Origin: Candidatus Zhuqueibacterota bacterium
GTDB taxonomy: Bacteria > Zhuqueibacterota > Zhuqueibacteria > Oceanimicrobiales > Oceanimicrobiaceae
Length of the DNA: 64,000 nucleotides
Assembly (NCBI GenBank): GCA_029262055.1
Contig: JAJDAD010000009.1
Location: 29,297 to 93,296 of the forward strand
Reading direction: 5' to 3'
In this document: positions 9,816-18,015 of the stretch, piece by piece
Layout of the letters: every line of letters starts with the position of its first letter
How positions within the stretch are numbered: the stretch's first letter is position 1
Position numbers and translations under genes: made by a program
The notes under the pieces: model-generated
Database searches by the model: none
Told to the model about the DNA's origin: nothing
What the model saw: the letters and a program-made list of their open reading frames with translations, nothing else

Positions 9816-10988
9816 GTGAGTCAACCCCCGGATTATTCCAACAAAGTCGTGGTCGAGTCGTGCCCGGTTTGTGGTTCTGCTGCCAATGAGTTTTGCCAGG
9901 ACAGGCTGCTTCTGCCGCAAAAGGATGGCGATAAACACTACCGCTTGCGGGTTGCCCGTTGCGGCGCTTGCGGACATCATTATCAGACGCTGCTTTGGAC
10001 CGAAGCGCAGCTGCGGACCTACTACCAGTCTGAGACGACCTACTATCGTCCGGACCACTCAGAGATTCCGCCGCCGTCTCGGGCTCGTTTCAACTCAGTT
10101 TTGGCAGACCTTGCGCCGCATCTGCAGTCTGATTGGACCCACTTGGATGTTGGCGGGTACTCCGGGCATTTTTCCCGCTTTATGCGCTCGCATTGTGGCT
10201 CCTCTTTCTGCCTGGACGTTTGCGACCATCTGCAGCATGCAGTCGAGAACGACGTACAGGTGATCAGCAAGACTCTGAGCGACCTCGCGGCCTGCAATCC
10301 TGACCCAGCCTTCGATCTCATTACGCTAAATCATACACTCGAGCATCTTGGCGACCTCGAGGCAGCGCGCGACAGCGTTTGCAAGCTGCTAAGGGCGCGT
10401 GGATATTTGTTCATCGAGGTACCATACGAGCTCGAGGACGACGAGTCGATCATCGACTACACGTTGGATCACACGCATTACTTTACCCTGAATAGTCTGC
10501 ACACCTTCCTGGCCGGACACTTCGAAGTCCTGAGTCTGAAGCTGCACCGCTACCATAAGCGTGTCGATGTTGGCCAAGGATTTGCCCTCAAAGCCGTTGT
10601 TCGTAAAAGAGAGCAGGTCCGTGAGCAATCACACAGCAGAAATGGTGAGCGAGGGCGTGCAATCGTCAAAGCCATCGAAGCCCGTATCGCCGATTCACCC
10701 GAAGTCTACGTTTGGGGGTCAGGCTATCACACTCGCCTGTTGTTCTCCATGTCAAATCTTGTGCATGAAAAGACGACGACTTTGATTGATTCTGACAAAA
10801 GCCGGCAGGGCCGGACTGTCTTTGGCAAAAAAGTAGTGCATCCGTCGGCGCTGGAGAAAAGCGAGCAAGGGTGTCTGGTGATCTCATCTTACGATTATTG
10901 CGATGAGATCGAGGAGATAGCGCAGTCCTTTTTTCATCCTGATAATATCGTGAACCCCTATTCATGTCAGCAAGAGCATCTGCAATGA
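9816..10988 (+). CDS. SAM-dependent methyltransferase with N-terminal Zn ribbon (NDP-sugar C-methyltransferase-type architecture)
   Basis: GTG start with AGGAGA 8 nt upstream. CPVCGS..CGACGH Zn ribbon. LDVGGYSGHF motif I. C-terminal VYVWGSGYHTRLL Rossmann-like tail. Confidence 0.7.
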   Translation: MSQPPDYSNKVVVESCPVCGSAANEFCQDRLLLPQKDGDKHYRLRVARCGACGHHYQTLLWTEAQLRTYYQSETTYYRPDHSEIPPPSRARFNSVLADLAPHLQSDWTHLDVGGYSGHFSRFMRSHCGSSFCLDVCDHLQHAVENDVQVISKTLSDLAACNPDPAFDLITLNHTLEHLGDLEAARDSVCKLLRARGYLFIEVPYELEDDESIIDYTLDHTHYFTLNSLHTFLAGHFEVLSLKLHRYHKRVDVGQGFALKAVVRKREQVREQSHSRNGERGRAIVKAIEARIADSPEVYVWGSGYHTRLLFSMSNLVHEKTTTLIDSDKSRQGRTVFGKKVVHPSALEKSEQGCLVISSYDYCDEIEEIAQSFFHPDNIVNPYSCQQEHLQ

Positions 10989-11050
10989 GCCGAGGTCGAT
11001 TGCGCCGGCAAACCATCCCGGAGGGAGGCAAGAACAAAGAGGATTGCCAG

Positions 11051-12145
11051 ATGATGCAGGTTGCACATCATTCGCCGGTGGCGGAGCCGGTGCAATCGAA
11101 CATGCTAACGGATTTACAGCAGGACCTACGCCACACTGTTTGCCGCGTCCTGGGCAGTGTTTCTTCCGCGGAAATCGGTAGGGGCGCCGGACTTGGGCAG
11201 ACGCCAGGCTGGGATTCTATCAAACACATGGAGCTTATGCTGGTCCTTGAGGAAGAGTACGATGTAGCTTTGTCTTCCGAGTCTGTGGTTCACATGATGA
11301 CGTTTGAGGGCATCTGTGCGATGGTGCAGGATGGCGTGGGCGGAACCGGAACAACCACGGGCTTTGCAGAAGAGGATTTTGCAGAGGCCCTGGAAGAAGT
11401 GGGCCTCGCCGCGGGGGACCATGTTTTTGTGCAAAGTTCGGTCGCTACCTTTGGCCAGGTACAGAACCCACTGCCGACCTTCCAAAACGCTTTCCAGCGG
11501 GTGCTCGGTGCGGACGGCACCCTGGCTGTCCCAACTTTCAATTTCGGGTTCACCCGCGGGGAGAATTTTGATCTGTATGAGACCGAAGCGGAGACCGGCG
11601 TCTTCGCGGAACACATCCGGACACTACCCGGCGCGAAACGGTCGCAGCACCCGCCCTTCCATTCCGTTGCCGCCATCGGAAAACACGCTGAGACGCTGGC
11701 GAGGGCCAGGGGTAATTCCAGTTTCGATCGGGATTCGGTTTTCGGCAAGATGTACGACTTGGACTTTAAGGTTTGCATGTTCGGCACTAGTTTGCGGCAC
11801 AACACGTTCTTTCACTATGTTGAGGAGCAGGCCGGCGTGCCGTATCGTTTCTTCAAGACCTTTACTGCCACGGTAACTTCACCCGCCGGCAAAGAAACGC
11901 GCTCATACGATTACTTCGCCAGGTTCCCTGAACCCGCTATCGCGACGGACTTTCACGGCATAGGTGAACAACTGCTCGCGGAATTTGACGGGCGCAAGAC
12001 AACAGTGGGGAACGGCCCGATCTACCTGTTCCCGGCGCGTGCTTTTGTCGATATGCTGTCGTCCTGCCTGTCGCAAAGCCCGGATTTCCTGGTGGCCGAG
12101 TCGGACAAATGGAAAGTCCGCGAGAAAGCCTGGTGCCGGAAATGA
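11051..12145 (+). CDS. Fusion of an acyl/peptidyl carrier domain and an AAC(3)-family N-acyltransferase domain
   Basis: Carrier motif GWDSIKHMELMLVLEEEY (Ser codon at 11216-11218). AAC(3)-like GDHVFVQSSVATFG..GTLAVPTFNF..RSQHPPFHSVAAIG. ATG at 11051 has AGAGGA upstream; the track ORF starts at 10964. Confidence 0.7.
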   Translation: MMQVAHHSPVAEPVQSNMLTDLQQDLRHTVCRVLGSVSSAEIGRGAGLGQTPGWDSIKHMELMLVLEEEYDVALSSESVVHMMTFEGICAMVQDGVGGTGTTTGFAEEDFAEALEEVGLAAGDHVFVQSSVATFGQVQNPLPTFQNAFQRVLGADGTLAVPTFNFGFTRGENFDLYETEAETGVFAEHIRTLPGAKRSQHPPFHSVAAIGKHAETLARARGNSSFDRDSVFGKMYDLDFKVCMFGTSLRHNTFFHYVEEQAGVPYRFFKTFTATVTSPAGKETRSYDYFARFPEPAIATDFHGIGEQLLAEFDGRKTTVGNGPIYLFPARAFVDMLSSCLSQSPDFLVAESDKWKVREKAWCRK

Positions 12146-13716
12146 GCGCGTCCCACAAGACCCCCATCGAGTTTTTTGCCGGGCAGGCTGCCGAGCACCC
12201 TGGCGCCGTGGCAGTCATCTGCGACGGGAAAGGACTGACTTTTCGGGAGCTGGACCTGCTTTCCAACCGGATGGCGCGCTTCCTGCGGGCTCGCGGCGTC
12301 CGGCGGACCGAGCCCATTGCCATCCTTGCGAATAAAAATTTGCAAACGGTCGTCTCCATCCTGGCGGCCTGGAAGATCGGTTGTCCATACGTTCCCCTGG
12401 ACATCGAAGCACCTGGTCGGCGCATTCGTCACTTTCTGGATGTCTGTGCGGCGCGTTTTGCGGTGGTAGACGCGAATAAGTTTTCCCAGTGGCCTGAGAC
12501 TCTTTTGGAACGGCAGGAGTGTTTGGTGCTGGGGGAGAAACCGGATGAGCCGAGAGGGCATGAATTCTACCTGTCCGATCTCCCGGATTATTCTGAGGCT
12601 CCGCTCGACAGCGGCCACACGCCGGATGAGCTGGCTTATGTGATTTTCACTTCCGGCTCCACGGGTCTTCCAAAAGGCGTAATGATCAGCACCGGGAATC
12701 TGGCACATTTTATCCACTGGTGCGCTTGCACGCTTGCGATCGAGCCGCATGCCCGGGCTTTGAATATCGCCAACTTTTCTTTCGACCAGTCGGTCATGGA
12801 CCTGGCATTCATGCTCGGGTGCGGTGCGGAGCTGCATCTGTACGCAGCCTTGAAACATCCACTGGTGCTGGCGGATTACATTCGCGAACAAGCGATTCAG
12901 GTTCTTTCCACTGTGCCGACCATATTTAGCATGCTGCTCGACTCCCGCTACAATCTAAGCCCCGCTGCATTTGCTTCGCTGGAGACGTTGTTTATCGGGG
13001 GCGCCGCGTGTCCTCCCGGGTACTTGCAGCAATTCAATGAAAAAATGCCGGGCGCTGAGGTTTACAATATTTACGGTCCGACCGAGGCGACGGTGTATTG
13101 TGCGTACCACAAGTTTACGCCAAGCGAGTTGCGAAACGGGGTTGTCGACGTGCCGCTCGGTAAGCCGCTTCCCAATCACAGCCTGTGCCTTATCGACGAC
13201 AGACAGCAGCCCGTGCGCCAGCGGGGCGAGCTGGTGGTCCATGGGCCGCAAGTGATGGTCGGATACTGGCAGCAAGAGGAATTCACCCGGAGTGCTTTTG
13301 TCGAGGTGCAGGGTCAGGACGGCAAGGGATACCGCACGGGCGACATTGTCCGCGAGGGTCCGAACGGAGAATTGTACTTTGCAGGCCGGGCCAATGACAC
13401 CATCAAGTCAGGTGGCCATCGCATCGATCTGCATGAAGTCGAGGAAGCCATGCTGCAGAGCAAAGGTGTTGCCGCCGCCGTTGTCGTAGCGGTTCCGGAT
13501 CCACTTCTGGAGAACCGGCTCATGGCCTTCGTAACCGGCGCCGGTGGCGGACAGCCCGCAATTGAGGGGATTCAGCAAGGCTGTTCCGCGAACCTCCCCG
13601 GTTATATGGTGCCGGAAAAGATAACGGTTGTTGAGGAATTCCCTTTAAATTCCTCCGGAAAAATCGATAAGAAGAGGCTGATCAGTGACTTTGAGCGCGG
13701 CGACAACAGAAGATAG
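12142..13716 (+). CDS. DltA-like stand-alone adenylation enzyme (amino acid--carrier protein ligase)
   Basis: FTSGSTGLPKGV, FSFDQSVMDL, NIYGPTEATV, YRTGD, GRANDTIKSGGHRIDLHEVE, SSGKIDKKRL. ATGA overlap with the upstream stop; the track ORF starts at 12109. Confidence 0.85.
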   Translation: MSASHKTPIEFFAGQAAEHPGAVAVICDGKGLTFRELDLLSNRMARFLRARGVRRTEPIAILANKNLQTVVSILAAWKIGCPYVPLDIEAPGRRIRHFLDVCAARFAVVDANKFSQWPETLLERQECLVLGEKPDEPRGHEFYLSDLPDYSEAPLDSGHTPDELAYVIFTSGSTGLPKGVMISTGNLAHFIHWCACTLAIEPHARALNIANFSFDQSVMDLAFMLGCGAELHLYAALKHPLVLADYIREQAIQVLSTVPTIFSMLLDSRYNLSPAAFASLETLFIGGAACPPGYLQQFNEKMPGAEVYNIYGPTEATVYCAYHKFTPSELRNGVVDVPLGKPLPNHSLCLIDDRQQPVRQRGELVVHGPQVMVGYWQQEEFTRSAFVEVQGQDGKGYRTGDIVREGPNGELYFAGRANDTIKSGGHRIDLHEVEEAMLQSKGVAAAVVVAVPDPLLENRLMAFVTGAGGGQPAIEGIQQGCSANLPGYMVPEKITVVEEFPLNSSGKIDKKRLISDFERGDNRR

Positions 13717-15067
13717 AACAGATCAGTGCGAGTACATTGTGCCCGTATCCGGTCCTGTTCTTGATGAACAGGCGTCCATGCAGGAAATGATCGAGGCGGT
13801 CTGGTCGCTGCCGCGGGATATTATTTCGGACGGCTACGATGCAGCGTTGTCGATTCTGGCCGACGTCGTCCCGATGCAGATTCATGAATACCCGACCGGG
13901 ACTGAGTGCTTCACCTGGACGATTCCTGAAAAATGGACGTGCGATGAAGCGTATCTGGAGACATTGTCGGGACAGCGGCTGTTTTGCTACGCGGATAACC
14001 CATTACATGTTGTGTCTTATTCGTTGCCATTTGAGGGCGCGGTTTCACGGCAAGAGCTGTTTGCCCACTTGCACACGCACCCGAAAATCCCGGAGGCCGT
14101 ACCGTTTGTCTTCAAATACTACAAGCGGGACTGGGGCTTGTGCTGCTCGCGCAACTTGAAAAATGAGTTGCAGGAAGACCGGTACCGTGTGGTCATAAAG
14201 AGCCGGTTTACGGCGGGGACACTGAAAGTCGGAGAAGTGATCGTACCCGGAGAAACGGAGGACTGTGTTGTACTCTGTGCGCACTTATGCCATCCGGCAA
14301 TGGTCAATGACGGTCTCAGCGGCGTGGCTGTTGGCCTCGAAGTGCTGCGCGAACTGCTGAAGCGCCGCGGCCTGCGCTATACCTATCGTCTCCTGATCGT
14401 CCCCGAGACCATCGGCTCACTGGCGTACCTGAGCCGGAACGAGCACCTGATTCCGAAAATGAAGGCCGGTTTGTTCCTGGAGGCACTGGGTCTGGAGAAC
14501 CCGCACGCCCTGCAACTATCCCATTACGGCGATACGGCAGCAGACCTGTGTTTCCGGCTGGCACTCGATGAGCACGACCCGGATAGCTGGACTGCACCAT
14601 CCTGGGGCGTAATCTGTAATGATGAGCGACAGTTCAATGCGCCCGGCATCCGGGTGCCGATGCTATCGCTATCCCGGGTCCGGCACCGATCAGAGCCGGA
14701 TGGCCCATACCGGGAGTACCACTCAAGTCACGACACACCGGCGATTGTCTCATATGCGAGCCTGTCGGATTCGGCACAAGTGGTTCTGGAAATGCTGGAA
14801 ACCTTCGAGGCGGACCAGCTACCACTGAACAAGTTTAAGGGGGAGATTTTTTGTTCCGGATATGACATCGACTTTGATTTTGCCAATGACCCGGAGGACA
14901 GCATGTTGCTTTTTGAGGTAATGTTCCAGACTGATGGCACGCTGACGATTGCACAGATTGCCGCTAAAACCGGCAGGCCGTTTGCGAAGGTAAAGCGGAT
15001 CATCGACCAGTTTCACCGGCATGGTCTGGTGGATTATGTCCAGGCTCAAGCGGAATCAAGCTTATGA
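13685..15067 (+). CDS. Aminopeptidase-like (M28-like) DUF4910-type protein with C-terminal winged-helix-like tail
   Basis: PRDIISDGYDAALSIL..MQIHEYPTGTECFTWTIPEKW matches my recollection of the DUF4910/DUF2172 polysaccharide-locus family. The start may instead be the ATG at 13778. Confidence 0.6.
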   Translation: MTLSAATTEDRTDQCEYIVPVSGPVLDEQASMQEMIEAVWSLPRDIISDGYDAALSILADVVPMQIHEYPTGTECFTWTIPEKWTCDEAYLETLSGQRLFCYADNPLHVVSYSLPFEGAVSRQELFAHLHTHPKIPEAVPFVFKYYKRDWGLCCSRNLKNELQEDRYRVVIKSRFTAGTLKVGEVIVPGETEDCVVLCAHLCHPAMVNDGLSGVAVGLEVLRELLKRRGLRYTYRLLIVPETIGSLAYLSRNEHLIPKMKAGLFLEALGLENPHALQLSHYGDTAADLCFRLALDEHDPDSWTAPSWGVICNDERQFNAPGIRVPMLSLSRVRHRSEPDGPYREYHSSHDTPAIVSYASLSDSAQVVLEMLETFEADQLPLNKFKGEIFCSGYDIDFDFANDPEDSMLLFEVMFQTDGTLTIAQIAAKTGRPFAKVKRIIDQFHRHGLVDYVQAQAESSL

Positions 15068-16029
15068 ATCCCAGTGCCACCCAATCCCACTTGCACCTGG
15101 TGCGAGAGGCTCGCAGTAACGGGCAAATCACCAGAGCTCTCGGCCACTTGACCCGGGCCCTTAAACTGAACCCGCAAGACCAGGAGCTGCGCTCAGAGTT
15201 GGACGAGCTGGTCGGACAAATCGGTCAGGTGGATGCGCTTGCGCAGAAGTTGCACCGGCATGTCTGCACTCCGGTTCACATAATCCAGCAAGAGCCGGAA
15301 CTGGCCGTGGTCGCTCACAACATGCCGGTTGTTGTTTTCAATGCGTTGCCAAAGTCTGCCAGCGACTACATATCGGATGCGCTTGCGAAAGGGCTGAATC
15401 TGGACGATTATTTTGCTGTCACCGGTGTTTTCCCGAATAAGCTTTTACGGCGTGACGCCATGGCAAATGTCAAGGCCGGTGCCCTGCTTTATGACCACGT
15501 GGATGCGGCCGGGTTCAACCAGATTTTGCTAAGCCAGTATGTCGATCGCATGATTGTGCACGTTCGCGATCCGAGACAGGCGCTTGTTTCCTGGACGCAC
15601 CACTTCCGCCAAAGATACGAAAACAGGGACGAAGTGTTGGCGTTTTATCAATTCTGCCCGGATTACTATTCCTGGTCTTTTGAACGACAACTCGACTGGC
15701 AAATCGAGCACTACTTCCACCATTTTGTTGACTGGATTACCGGTTGGCTGGACGCGGACGAGAACCCCGGGTTCAAGCCTGCAATCTTGTTCTCAACCTT
15801 CGAGACCTTCCGGACTGACCCGCGCAAGTATTTCGAGGGGATATTGAAATTCTATGACATCGCCCCGGAGCGCTTCTCGTTCCCGGAAGTGACGCATCCA
15901 AGCCGGGAGCATTTTCGGCAAGGAAGCATGAACGAGTGGCAGCGCGTCTTTACGAACGCACAAATTGACAAGACTTCGGCCATGCTGCGTGGGCGGATAG
16001 CACCGACGTTCGGGTGGGATGTCGGTTAG
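15064..16029 (+). CDS. Sulfotransferase-family protein (divergent PAPS loop)
   Basis: NALPKSASDY (compare PKSGTTW), VHVRDPRQALVSWTHH, HFRQGSMNEWQRVF. ATGA overlap with the upstream gene. Confidence 0.6.
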   Translation: MNPSATQSHLHLVREARSNGQITRALGHLTRALKLNPQDQELRSELDELVGQIGQVDALAQKLHRHVCTPVHIIQQEPELAVVAHNMPVVVFNALPKSASDYISDALAKGLNLDDYFAVTGVFPNKLLRRDAMANVKAGALLYDHVDAAGFNQILLSQYVDRMIVHVRDPRQALVSWTHHFRQRYENRDEVLAFYQFCPDYYSWSFERQLDWQIEHYFHHFVDWITGWLDADENPGFKPAILFSTFETFRTDPRKYFEGILKFYDIAPERFSFPEVTHPSREHFRQGSMNEWQRVFTNAQIDKTSAMLRGRIAPTFGWDVG

Positions 16030-17876
16030 TTCCACGGACCAGGACATGGATTAAGAACATGCAATTAACTCAGAATACCCTGCAGACGTTGGCCCAGGAC
16101 AGACCCCTGGTGACGAATGAGCTCATCGAACCGAATGATTACTACGGGCATGCGACGCTCATCAAGAAGTATGCCGGGTACGCCAATGACTACCAGACCA
16201 AAACTGCCATCGAGCACGGCGTCTACTACCATCAGGGCGGGTTTGACGTCGAGTACCGGGCACCGTTGCCGGCCATTATGTGTCCATCGCCGCAAAGATA
16301 TGATGCGCTCAGGGAAGTGACAAACAAAGCGCTGTTTGCAATCGGCCCTTTGATAAATTACTCCCCGAGTCATCTGACCGGCGAGGCACGCAGCGACGAA
16401 GAGCGGCGCCTGCAAAAAAATCTACTGGTCTTCCCTGCCCATTCTACGCACTGGATTCATACCAAATTCGACATCCAGACGCTTTGTCGGACTTTGGAGA
16501 ATTTGGGTAAGGAGTTTGATACCATTCGTATCTGTCTGGGCTGGAAAGATGTATTGCGCGGTGCTGCCACTGAATACCTGCAACACGGCTTCGAATGTGT
16601 CACCGCCGGGCACATGTTTGACCCGGAATTCTTGCCAAGATTGCGCGGTCTGATCGAGACAGCGACGGTTACCTGCTCCAATCAAATCGGTACGCACATT
16701 GGGTACTGTATCGCTTTGGGGAAGCCGCACTTCCTGATCGATATGAAAATCGATTTGACCGCTGACACCGCAGAATTTCGGGAAGAGATCGAACGTGGCC
16801 TTGCCGAGTTGCACAAGGTGCCGCCGGAGCTGTACACAGCATTCTCGGAAGTGAGGGATGATATCAGTACAAGTCAGCAGGAGGTCATTGCCAGGTACTG
16901 GGGGCTTCCCGAGCGCAGGACGCCGACCGAACTTCGAACTCTGCTGCAGGTCGCCGAGGACATGTACCAGCGCGGACCTGAGTTTTTTATGTCTGACAAC
17001 GATTTTCAAGCCGAACAGGCATTGGAATATCTAAGCACAAACAGAGCGGCGCTGGCGCTGAGTTTGTTAACGCAGTATCGTCCTCATGCCGCAGGGCAGG
17101 GCCACCGTAACGTTCTGAGAGTTTGCGACATTCCGGTGGCGTCTTATCCAAGGTCGGGCAATACCTGGATGCGGTTCTTGCTCGCTGATTTGATCCAGCA
17201 GTTGCACGGCATCGAGACAAGCACAATTCTTCCCATCGACCAGGAGCGCATTGTACCCAACTTGCATGACGAAAAAATACCCGGCGTCGATGCGAGAATC
17301 AGATTGCCGTACCGTCTGGTCAAGACACACGAGCTGTTTAATCCCACGCCGGCAAAGACCATCTATCTGTTCAGGCAAGCCGAGGACAGCCTGTGTTCCC
17401 ATTACTACTTCCACCTGCGCTACGATGGGCTGAAAGAAGCGGCTGCCGCCGGAATCGATGCCTTTTGCCTGCAGCACCTGGCAGACTGGTGCGCGCATCT
17501 CAATTCATATATCGCAGCGAAGAACACAGAAGGGGCCGAGGTCCTGTTCCTATCCTATGAAGCCATGAGCGCTGATGCGGCACTCGCCCTGCAAAGCGTC
17601 TGCGCTTTCTTGAATTTGCCTGCAACAGATAGGCAGATAGCCCGGGCTGTTGAGAACCACTCTTTCCAAAAGCATCGCCGTGCTGAGGAAGATAAAGGCA
17701 ATGTCGGGAAGATTTACGCCAACCATTTTTTCCGGACCGGATGTGTCGGTAGCGGCGAGCAGGAGTTAAGCCGGGAAACCCTGCAGCAAATCAGGTCTGA
17801 AGCTGACCGCGTCTATCGGGAGGCGGTGCAACTACAGCCTGACTTTGGGCAAGTGCCGGCTTTATCTGTATCATGA
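16014..17876 (+). CDS. Two-domain protein: ~350-aa N-terminal domain of unknown function plus C-terminal sulfotransferase
   Basis: SYPRSGNTWMRFLLADL (5'-PSB loop, ~17141-17190), LVKTHE, FFRTGCVGSGEQELS. I do not recognise the N-terminal domain. Alternative start at 16059. Confidence 0.7.
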   Translation: MGCRLVPRTRTWIKNMQLTQNTLQTLAQDRPLVTNELIEPNDYYGHATLIKKYAGYANDYQTKTAIEHGVYYHQGGFDVEYRAPLPAIMCPSPQRYDALREVTNKALFAIGPLINYSPSHLTGEARSDEERRLQKNLLVFPAHSTHWIHTKFDIQTLCRTLENLGKEFDTIRICLGWKDVLRGAATEYLQHGFECVTAGHMFDPEFLPRLRGLIETATVTCSNQIGTHIGYCIALGKPHFLIDMKIDLTADTAEFREEIERGLAELHKVPPELYTAFSEVRDDISTSQQEVIARYWGLPERRTPTELRTLLQVAEDMYQRGPEFFMSDNDFQAEQALEYLSTNRAALALSLLTQYRPHAAGQGHRNVLRVCDIPVASYPRSGNTWMRFLLADLIQQLHGIETSTILPIDQERIVPNLHDEKIPGVDARIRLPYRLVKTHELFNPTPAKTIYLFRQAEDSLCSHYYFHLRYDGLKEAAAAGIDAFCLQHLADWCAHLNSYIAAKNTEGAEVLFLSYEAMSADAALALQSVCAFLNLPATDRQIARAVENHSFQKHRRAEEDKGNVGKIYANHFFRTGCVGSGEQELSRETLQQIRSEADRVYREAVQLQPDFGQVPALSVS

Positions 17877-18015
17877 AGAGACTTCCCTGACTTCCTCATA
17901 TTATGTTTCGGCAACAGGTTCAATCCCGCTGATGACGGTGTCGATATCAATTGAAAGCGGAATTTCCTCCGAATACCTCGACTAAGACTTTGACTGAAAG
18001 AATGAGCCTCCCGCG

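Noticed and set aside
17916-17926. GGTTCAATCCC, a tRNA T-loop-like string in the 139-bp gap between the sulfotransferase and the giant GT gene. It could be a tRNA fragment or an att-site remnant.
   Set aside because: The flanking bases do not form a T-stem (AACAG versus CCGCT pairs at only 3 of 5 positions). No acceptor stem or CCA context is present, and no integrase is nearby.
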